Virus record (IMG/VR): IMGVR_UViG_3300028195_000003
DNA: 20,000 bases
Source of the DNA: an uncultured virus (IMG/VR IMGVR_UViG_3300028195_000003)
Lineage: Duplodnaviria; Heunggongvirae; Uroviricota; Caudoviricetes
Direction: 5' to 3' (one strand)
Part shown: in pieces, positions 8,098 through 14,923 of the stretch
Numbering within the stretch: the stretch's first letter is position 1
Layout of the letters: the number at the start of each line of letters is the position of its first letter
The notes under the pieces: model-generated
Databases searched by the model: none
What the model was told of the DNA's origin: nothing
The model's input: only the letters and a program-made list of their open reading frames with translations
Position numbers and translations under genes: made by a program

Positions 8098-9441
8098 CTA
8101 CCCCTGCCAGGTGAACTTGTACTCACCGGACTTGGGGTGCTGATAGCGGCCCGTACCGAGGGCCTCACCAGCCCTGGCCACGGCCTTGGCCTGCTTCTGC
8201 TGCAGCCCGTGGATCTCCGCCATGACACTGTCGGCCTTTTCGATCTTGCCGCGCTGAAGCAGGCGCTTGTGACGCTGCTGCAGGTTGGCGATGCGGCGCT
8301 GAGTGTCCTTGCGCAGGAGCTTGAGAGGGGTCCTCGGCGCACGCTTGGCGTAGGGCACGAAGCTGCCGTCATGGCGGGAGCGGCCACGACGGAAGAGCTT
8401 GCGACGGCGCTCATCGTCATCGCCAGCCTGGCTGATGGTGCTCGAAGGCGACGGGAGGTCGTCCTCTTCTTCGTCGAGGTCGATCGCCGCCATAATGTCT
8501 TCAGCTGACAGACCAGGGCCACGATAGCCCAGAGCGAGCTCCTCCTCGGCGAAGAAGTCATCATCGGTCACGGGCTGGTACTCGTACCCGAACACCGCGT
8601 CGTTCACGATCTCGAGGATGTCGCCATCGTCCATCAGCAGGTCACCGCGGACAAGGATGTCCTCGACCGGGCCACGGAACTGGCTAGCGTCGATGGTCAT
8701 GGCACCGAACTGGGAGCCGGCCCAGCGGCCACCGCCCTGAAGCTGCCCACCGACCATGTGACCTCCACGGGGTCTCGGTCCGCCACGGCGCATCATCGCC
8801 TTGTGCTTCGCCGCGGGTCCGCGCATGGCAGGCTTGCGGCGAACCGCAGGACGGCCACGAGGGGGAAGACGGCGCTGTCGACGGGGACCGCGGTAGGGGA
8901 AGGCCGGGATGTAGCGACCCGTGGTCAGCACCCTGGTCACGCCGGTCAGGCCGGAGCCGGTCAGGATGGCCGCAGCGGCTTCCTCCGTCTCCTTGGTCTT
9001 GCCGAAGTCACGCGGATCGTCGATGTCACCGTCGGCGAAAGCCTCGATGGCCCTCATGCGCGCCGCCAGGTTCGGGGCGCTCTCCTCGATGTAGTCCATC
9101 GCGTCGAAGTTCTTGCTGTGGATCTTCTGGGTGCGATTCCAGATCTTCACCATGCGCTTGGCCTTCTTGCGCGCCTTGTCGATCTTCTCCGTCTCGGCCA
9201 GGCCGATGATCTTGCCGTAGAGCTTCTCCAGCTTGCGGATCTTGCGCTTGGTGCGGAACTTCGGGAAGAGGCCACCGTAGACCTCGTCGTCGGAACCGTC
9301 GAAGGCACCGTAGACGGGGGTGATGGCGCCATAGCCACAGCCACGGTAGGCCGAGGTGGGCAGCGGGCAATCCACGCCGGGGGTTCCGAAGCCCTTGGTC
9401 GGGCCGTGGGGACTGTTGTATACGTCGTTCTGACCGTACAT
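8098..9441 (-). CDS. 447-aa protein with alternating basic and acidic blocks; putative nucleic-acid-binding core protein
   Basis: RBS ACAGGAG. K/R-rich tracts (RGPRRQRRLPPRGRPAVRRKP) alternate with D/E-rich tracts. Confidence 0.85.
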   Translation of the reverse strand: MYGQNDVYNSPHGPTKGFGTPGVDCPLPTSAYRGCGYGAITPVYGAFDGSDDEVYGGLFPKFRTKRKIRKLEKLYGKIIGLAETEKIDKARKKAKRMVKIWNRTQKIHSKNFDAMDYIEESAPNLAARMRAIEAFADGDIDDPRDFGKTKETEEAAAAILTGSGLTGVTRVLTTGRYIPAFPYRGPRRQRRLPPRGRPAVRRKPAMRGPAAKHKAMMRRGGPRPRGGHMVGGQLQGGGRWAGSQFGAMTIDASQFRGPVEDILVRGDLLMDDGDILEIVNDAVFGYEYQPVTDDDFFAEEELALGYRGPGLSAEDIMAAIDLDEEEDDLPSPSSTISQAGDDDERRRKLFRRGRSRHDGSFVPYAKRAPRTPLKLLRKDTQRRIANLQQRHKRLLQRGKIEKADSVMAEIHGLQQKQAKAVARAGEALGTGRYQHPKSGEYKFTWQG

Positions 9442-9512
9442 GTTCGCTCTCCTGTCCGTTCTGTTCCGAAGGTGTGATGCGGGAGGATTGTGCCCTGAGC
9501 GGGCGAAAAGAT

Positions 9513-11810
9513 CTACTCGTCGTCGCCCATGAACTCGCTGACACCGGCGAAGACCGCTTCGTCCATGTCGAACAGATCGTCACGATCGATGTACCCATAG
9601 TCATCCGGCAGGCCCGAAGCCATCGGCGCCGTCTGGGCGCCGGGCCCACTGGGGCGCTGGAAGCGCTGCGGGCCGTGGCGCTCTGGACGCTGCAGCTGCC
9701 CATCAGAGCCGCGGAGGAGGTTCTGGGTAGAGCGAGGACCGCGCTGGATACCTTGTCCCTGCCCCTGGCCCTGCTGACCGTGGCGCTGACCGGGACCCTG
9801 CTGGCCGAGACCACGCCGCTGACCGGGACCCTGCTGGCCCTGACCCTGCTGACCGCGGCGGAACTGGCCCCGCTGGCCGGGACCACGCCGCTGACCGGGA
9901 CCCTGCTGGCCCTGACCCTGCTGGGCACCACGCCTTGCCATGATGCGCTGGTAGGCGGGAGAGCCATTGGGCGGCCGATTCCCGGGCTTGCGGCGAGAGT
10001 TGGGACCGGGGCGCCTGCGACGACCCTGACCACCGCCCGTGGACGACGACACCTGCTGGGACGACGACATCTGAGACGACGAAGACCCTGGTGTGGCTCC
10101 TCCACGGAACCAGCGCAGCATCTCGCGAGCCTCGGAGCTGGGCTGCCAGCTGGAGTCCTTGCGCTCGAGCTTGGCCATGGTCCTCACGGCCTTGCCCATC
10201 ATGCGCTTGGCGATGTCCTCCTGACCCTTGTCCAGGTTCCTCTTGGCGTCCTCGATCAGCTGATCGAAAGCCGTGTCGGGAGTGAATACGCGGCTCAGGC
10301 CGCGACCAACCCTCACACCTCCGAGGATCTTGCCCTCGAACAGCTTGCCGTACTGGTCCTCATAGTAGTCACCCTGACCACCGTCATCGTAGCCCTGGTC
10401 GTACTCGTAGCTCTGATCGTAGCCGCCGTTCTCGGGCGGGCAGTCGACCTCGTAGCCTTCCTCGTCGACACAGATGACCTGCGGCTCGAGCTCCTGGGTG
10501 GAGACGTGCCGGATGATGACGTTCTGGCCACCACCAGACTGTGTCGAACCGCGAGAACCGCCACTGCGCTGCCCGGCACGCTGGGAGTGCTGCCTACGGC
10601 GGGAAGAGCTCTGCGAACGGGCCTCGGCCTTCCGGGTGCGCCTTCTGATGGTCCTGCGCTTGACCTGCGCCTTGTGGGCCTTCTTCGCTCTCTTCTTGGC
10701 GATCTTCCTGGCAATGCTGCCGGTCCCCAGATTGGTCCCCGTGGACGTGCTGCTGGAAGACCCAGAAGTCGAAGTCCGAGTCGTCTTCTGACGGCTCAAA
10801 ATCGCCTTCTTCTTGCCAGCCATCGCGCTCGACCGAGCCTGGGACGTCGCCTTCATCACGTTGAAGGCGCCGAACTCCTCCCCGAGCCCTTCATCAGCAG
10901 CCATCTCGTCCTCGTCCTCGATCGCCTCGGCGATCTCCGCGAGAAGGATGTCGTGTTCGGGATCGTCGAAGAGCCACTCGTTGACCAGAGGGCCGCTCAA
11001 GGTTCCGTAGTCTTCCATGTCATCCTCCAGGAGGTCGATGTCCTCCATGGCCAGGAGTTCTTCATCGAGATCTTCGTCACCGCCATCGATGGCGGGACCT
11101 GCCAGCGTGGGGAACAGACCATCGGCCACCATCTCCCCAACCAGCTTACCAGCGTCGTGCGCTGACGGGATGTCCACAGCCTCGCGGACACCCTCTCCGA
11201 TTGCGCGTGCGATGCTCGACACGCCACCGGCCCCAAGCCCGAGGCCTTCACCGAAGGCCCGGGTCACGTCTCCGATCTTTCCGTATTCTTCTTGCATGTC
11301 TTCCTTGCCTCTCAGTGCACCATACCCTTCTACATGGGTGGTTGGCATCCCCGCCTTCGCGGATGGGTCTCTCAGCTCGTATCCCTTCACCCCTGGCGCC
11401 ATCAAGGCACCAGGCCAGCGCTCAGACGCCTGACGTCCATAGCTGGAAGAACCGACCGGATCGGCCGTCACGACATGGAACAGGCCGTCCTTGGGCGAAT
11501 AGGCGAACGGGTGCGACTGCACCTTGTCCTTCACACGGCGCTCGGCAGCCAGCCAGCAGGCCAGATCCTCACAGTCCGAATGACTGACACCGTCACTATC
11601 GATCTCCTCGAGCATCTCCCGGATGGTCTTCCAATGCTCCTCTTCGTCCCGCTGTCGGTACTTGACCTCGCCCGAGGCGATGCGATCGTGCAGCGACGGC
11701 TCCAGCCACTGCGGGTTGTCGCGCAGCTGCTGGATGTCCATGGCGAGGAGACCATAGAGCAAGCCCTTGGCCTCCGTTCCGGTCACCTTGAAGGTAGGAT
11801 TGATCGCCAA
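9513..11810 (-). CDS. 765-aa protein: N-terminal transglutaminase-like (papain-fold) Cys-His-Asp domain plus long low-complexity acidic, basic and Q/G-rich tail
   Basis: TTG start with CAGGAG RBS. Motifs SDCEDLACWLAAE (Cys80), FHVVT (His112) and RDPSAKAGM (Asp148) fit transglutaminase-like catalytic order. Confidence 0.82.
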   Translation of the reverse strand: MAINPTFKVTGTEAKGLLYGLLAMDIQQLRDNPQWLEPSLHDRIASGEVKYRQRDEEEHWKTIREMLEEIDSDGVSHSDCEDLACWLAAERRVKDKVQSHPFAYSPKDGLFHVVTADPVGSSSYGRQASERWPGALMAPGVKGYELRDPSAKAGMPTTHVEGYGALRGKEDMQEEYGKIGDVTRAFGEGLGLGAGGVSSIARAIGEGVREAVDIPSAHDAGKLVGEMVADGLFPTLAGPAIDGGDEDLDEELLAMEDIDLLEDDMEDYGTLSGPLVNEWLFDDPEHDILLAEIAEAIEDEDEMAADEGLGEEFGAFNVMKATSQARSSAMAGKKKAILSRQKTTRTSTSGSSSSTSTGTNLGTGSIARKIAKKRAKKAHKAQVKRRTIRRRTRKAEARSQSSSRRRQHSQRAGQRSGGSRGSTQSGGGQNVIIRHVSTQELEPQVICVDEEGYEVDCPPENGGYDQSYEYDQGYDDGGQGDYYEDQYGKLFEGKILGGVRVGRGLSRVFTPDTAFDQLIEDAKRNLDKGQEDIAKRMMGKAVRTMAKLERKDSSWQPSSEAREMLRWFRGGATPGSSSSQMSSSQQVSSSTGGGQGRRRRPGPNSRRKPGNRPPNGSPAYQRIMARRGAQQGQGQQGPGQRRGPGQRGQFRRGQQGQGQQGPGQRRGLGQQGPGQRHGQQGQGQGQGIQRGPRSTQNLLRGSDGQLQRPERHGPQRFQRPSGPGAQTAPMASGLPDDYGYIDRDDLFDMDEAVFAGVSEFMGDDE
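9750..9925. repeat. Coding tandem repeats (QQGQG/QGPGQRRG)
   Basis: Exact 43-bp duplication at 9809-9851 and 9881-9923, plus partial copies. Confidence 0.9.
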
Positions 11811-11863
11811 GGCGAACTCCTGAAGTGCGGTCGATGAGACGGAAGACGTCGATGCCGTAGCAC

Positions 11864-11891
11864 CCGCGGAGCCCTCTACAGGGCTCCGCGG
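11864..11891. terminator. Perfect 12-bp stem-loop after the 406-aa gene
   Basis: CCGCGGAGCCCT-CTAC-AGGGCTCCGCGG. It has no U-tract, so it may be an mRNA-stabilising or processing hairpin rather than a terminator. Confidence 0.55.
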
Positions 11892-11901
11892 AGCTCACCT
11901 A

Positions 11902-13122
11902 CTACGTGAAGATGACCGTGCACTGGTCGCTCTGTGCGACCGCCATGCCCACTCCGACCGGGTGCGGGACACCCGCGCTCTCGGCGTGGACATAGACCGT
12001 GCTGGCACCGGCGCCGTTGTCGTTGATCTCGACGTTGACGAGGCCCGTTGCGTCGGTCCTCACCGCACAGCGGTTGGTGTTGTCACCCGCCACCATGGTA
12101 CCGACACCGCCACCCGAGATGCCGTTGAACTGCACCACACCGGCCAGGTCCACGTCACCCGCGTTGAGGGTGTCCGAGATGACCAGGACCAGGTTGTGGA
12201 TTCCGGCCAACGGAGCGCCCGAGGAGTCGGTGACCTGCACCACGATCGAAGCGTCTGCGGGAGCGACGGCCGTGGCATCGGGGATGTCGACCTTGGCGGA
12301 CAGCAGGGAGCTGTCCCCACCACCGCTGGCGGAAGGGGTCTCGAAGGCGGCCCAGTCTCCGGTGTCGTAGCCGATGAAGAAGGTGCCAGAGTAGTTGGTG
12401 GTGACACCGGCCATGCCGCCGTTGTCGTACATCTGGATACGGATCTGCGACATGCCGCCCAGATCGACGCACATCGATCCGCCCATACCCAGGATGTGGG
12501 GCTGAGCCGCAGCGGTGATGAAGACCGACTGGTTCAGATCGGCCCAGGTGGTCCCGCCATCGGCGGATCCCTGGATGCGGATGCCGAAGCGTGTGACACC
12601 GTCCAGAACGACCGTGGGGATGCTCCCCGCGATCGTCACCTGACGAACGCCCTTGGGACGCCCGAAGGCCGTGCTGTTCGTGACGACACCGCCACGGACG
12701 ACGGCGATCTGCTGGACGGCACCCTGGCCATCGTGCATCACGCCACCGACGCCCACGGCGAGGGTGTAGGTGTTGGGCCCGACCCCGGTGTCGACAGTCC
12801 GAACCCGGAGGTGGGTGTAGCGACCGACGCTGGCCCAGCCGCCGGAACCGAAGTTGATGACGTACTGGTCGGCGGCCGTGGTCATGTAGTCCGCGACGTC
12901 CATCTGGGCGACGGTGTACCAGTTCGTGCCGTCCACGGTCCCCTCGAGGACCATACCGACGATGCTACCGGCGACCGCACTGAGCACGCCGGTCACGGAG
13001 ACGAGGAACACACCGTTGGGACGGGCAATGGCTGCCGAGGTAGCGGCACCATTCGTCAGGTTCGTCGAGAGCAGCTGAACCTGAGTGTACCCGAAGGTGT
13101 TGGGGGAGTGAAGTGTCTGCAT
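11902..13122 (-). CDS. 406-aa all-beta protein: two tandem homologous beta-sandwich domains plus Ig-like C-terminal domain; candidate spike/vertex protein
   Basis: Start moved to ATG 13122 (MQTLHS...) with AAGAGGG upstream. Internal repeats LEGTVDGTNW / IQGSADGGTTW. VQVTDSSGAPLAG...TDATGLVNVEI resembles bacterial Ig-like (Big_1-type) domains. Confidence 0.82.
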   Translation of the reverse strand: MQTLHSPNTFGYTQVQLLSTNLTNGAATSAAIARPNGVFLVSVTGVLSAVAGSIVGMVLEGTVDGTNWYTVAQMDVADYMTTAADQYVINFGSGGWASVGRYTHLRVRTVDTGVGPNTYTLAVGVGGVMHDGQGAVQQIAVVRGGVVTNSTAFGRPKGVRQVTIAGSIPTVVLDGVTRFGIRIQGSADGGTTWADLNQSVFITAAAQPHILGMGGSMCVDLGGMSQIRIQMYDNGGMAGVTTNYSGTFFIGYDTGDWAAFETPSASGGGDSSLLSAKVDIPDATAVAPADASIVVQVTDSSGAPLAGIHNLVLVISDTLNAGDVDLAGVVQFNGISGGGVGTMVAGDNTNRCAVRTDATGLVNVEINDNGAGASTVYVHAESAGVPHPVGVGMAVAQSDQCTVIFT

Positions 13123-13165
13123 GGCTGTTTCCCTCTTACGGAAAAGTGTGGTCTGTTGAACGACA

Positions 13166-13197
13166 ACAGGGCCGGGGAGCAAGCTCCCCGACCCCGT
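13166..13197 (-). terminator. 14-bp GC-rich hairpin with CUUG tetraloop downstream of the candidate capsid gene
   Basis: Minus strand ACGGGGUCGGGGAG-CUUG-CUCCCCGGCCCUGU. Its two G-U pairs form only on the minus-strand RNA. Confidence 0.65.
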
Positions 13198-13248
13198 GAA
13201 CCCTGTGGTCGCTTATAGGCGAGGTCGGGGTCGCCGAAAGTTGGCGTC

Positions 13249-14046
13249 CTACCTTGCGTATGCGCCGGGGAGACCGGGACCGAAGGCGTCGTCACGGAGG
13301 ACTTCGCACACGACCGAGACCATGGCGTACACACCGACCGCGTTGAGGCCGGCACCCGTGGGTGCGCTGCAGGCCGCGGTGAGCAGGGCGGTGTTCGGGG
13401 CGATCAGGATGGGGTATGCGCGCAGCCCGGTGAACTGCTCCTTGTCGGTGTCGTAGTCGTCCATCAGGACCCAGTCCTCGACGAGGAACAGGTTGGGCGA
13501 ACCGCCGATGCGGAAGTCCTGCATCAGACCGAAGCTACCGCCGATGGCGGCCAGGGTCTGGGTGGTCAGACCCACGATGCGCAGCACGGCCCAGTTGATG
13601 CTCTGGGTGACCCAGGCCTGGTTGGCGCCGATGCCCGGCACGGCGGCCGCGGGGGTGAGCAGCTCGTGCATGGGGTTGGTCGCGCCAGCGACGACGAAGT
13701 TGATGGGGACCAGCCGACCGGAGCCCGGAGGGGCCACCGAGGACTGACGCAGGCCCTGCATGGCACCGTCGACGTTGTGGTCACGGATGACCTGGGGGCC
13801 GAACTCGTGCTCGACGACGTCCATGCCGCGGATACCACTGGAGGCGAGGCCACCAGCGACGCCGGGGATGGAAGCTGCGGCGAGGGCGGCGCCCTTCTTG
13901 GCGGCGCTCTTCGCGATCAGCGTGTCGCGGAGCTGCATGAGCTTGTTGATGCGGCTGAGGCGGAGACGAGTGGGCTTCTTCGCGATCAGGGTCTGGATGC
14001 GGGTGTTGAGCTTGTCGAGGGTGACGGCTCCGTAGCTCTCGGACAT
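13249..14046 (-). CDS. 265-aa protein: basic helical N-arm plus ~155-aa beta-rich domain; candidate (single jelly-roll-type) major capsid protein
   Basis: Strong RBS ACAGGAGG, second gene of the operon, followed by a strong hairpin. The CDS is secure; the capsid role is inference. Confidence 0.75.
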   Translation of the reverse strand: MSESYGAVTLDKLNTRIQTLIAKKPTRLRLSRINKLMQLRDTLIAKSAAKKGAALAAASIPGVAGGLASSGIRGMDVVEHEFGPQVIRDHNVDGAMQGLRQSSVAPPGSGRLVPINFVVAGATNPMHELLTPAAAVPGIGANQAWVTQSINWAVLRIVGLTTQTLAAIGGSFGLMQDFRIGGSPNLFLVEDWVLMDDYDTDKEQFTGLRAYPILIAPNTALLTAACSAPTGAGLNAVGVYAMVSVVCEVLRDDAFGPGLPGAYAR

Positions 14047-14142
14047 GATGTCCTCCTGTCCCGAGGGATGTTGTACTGAGAAGGGTTGAGTGACGTGTTG
14101 ACTTGTGTCAGGAATCGAAGGAAGGGACTGAACTAGGCCCTA

Positions 14143-14532
14143 CTAGCGGGCCCAGGCACCCTGCTTCACGCGGGAGGGCTGAGGCAGAGCGCCGTACTCG
14201 GCGTTCCAGTCGGGGAGCAGCTTGGCCTTGTCAGCCACGCCCGGGTTCTTGTCCTTGGCCAGCTTGTAGCGAACCAGCTCGGTGGAAGCGAGCGAGGCCA
14301 GCATGGCGACGGAACCGATCTGCAGGACGTTCTTGGCGTCCTTGTTCTTGACCCAGAAGGAGCCCAGGCCCATCAGCGCGCCACCGAGGAGGCGGACGTC
14401 GAGGATCAGGGAGTCGTCCTTGAGGGACATGCGGAGGCTCTGCTTGCCTTCCTTGGGCTTGCGAGCGGCGAGGTAGGAAAGGGCGCCAGCTCCTGCGATG
14501 GTGCCAGCGGCGCTCCAGGCGTCGAATGCCAT
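14143..14532 (-). CDS. Small membrane protein (129 aa, 2-3 hydrophobic helices); first gene of the operon
   Basis: RBS ACAGGAG. Hydrophobic segments WSAAGTIAGAGALSYLAA, VRLLGGALMGLGSFWV and VLQIGSVAMLASLAS. Tandem TAGTAG stop. Confidence 0.85.
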   Translation of the reverse strand: MAFDAWSAAGTIAGAGALSYLAARKPKEGKQSLRMSLKDDSLILDVRLLGGALMGLGSFWVKNKDAKNVLQIGSVAMLASLASTELVRYKLAKDKNPGVADKAKLLPDWNAEYGALPQPSRVKQGAWAR

Positions 14533-14617
14533 GGTTCATCTCCTGTGATGGGGAATGATGGGTGAAAAGTGGTTCGTCTGGTGCCGGCGGGGCCGACGAC
14601 GAAGCCGGTCATGGAGA

Positions 14618-14645
14618 AGTTTAGGCGATCCTCCCGAGAATGCAA
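14618..14645 (-). promoter_or_regulatory. Candidate sigma70-like promoter for the minus-strand operon
   Basis: TTGCAT-N16-TAAACT on the minus strand, ~85 nt upstream of the first ATG. Confidence 0.4.
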
Positions 14646-14738
14646 GTCGATCCTCGCGATCGGGCCGATCGTAAAGTTTTTTTCAAAAGATGTTTTTCAC
14701 TAAACGAAAGACCAGGTTCTACGGTCAGATAGACAACA

Positions 14739-14768
14739 TTGCACCAATAAACGTGGGTACGTTATACT
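14739..14768 (+). promoter_or_regulatory. Candidate sigma70-like promoter for the plus-strand cluster
   Basis: TTGCAC-N18-TATACT in the AT-rich intergenic region. A second candidate, TTGATC-N17-TATTTT, lies at 14867-14895. Confidence 0.45.
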
Positions 14769-14923
14769 CAAACAATACAGCTACAACCAACGCACGTGCC
14801 ACGAAAATGCCAGAGAAAAAAAATATCCACAAGCATAAACCGAACGAAGCTTTTCTCGGCCAGCACTTGATCTTCCTGCCATATGGGCATATTTTCAAAA
14901 CAGGAACAAAAAAAGGACACCAC

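Noticed and set aside
780..13218. Long plus-strand ORFs (e.g. 780-2066, 2415-3416, 3275-5128, 4953-6440, 9474-11165, 11962-13218)
   Set aside because: They are antisense shadows of GC3-rich minus-strand genes, with V/L/R/G-rich translations and no motifs. The minus-strand genes have the RBSs and the paralogy.
13123..13251. TAG readthrough fusing the candidate capsid to the in-frame downstream beta protein
   Set aside because: An in-frame TAA occurs 12 codons after the TAG. Tandem TAGTAG stops elsewhere also argue against amber recoding.
14690..14923. 78-aa N-terminal extension of the ATPase in the ORF track
   Set aside because: It is AT-rich, unlike the coding sequence, and contains promoter-like motifs. 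ATG 14924 has an RBS and puts the zinc finger near the N-terminus as in RadA.
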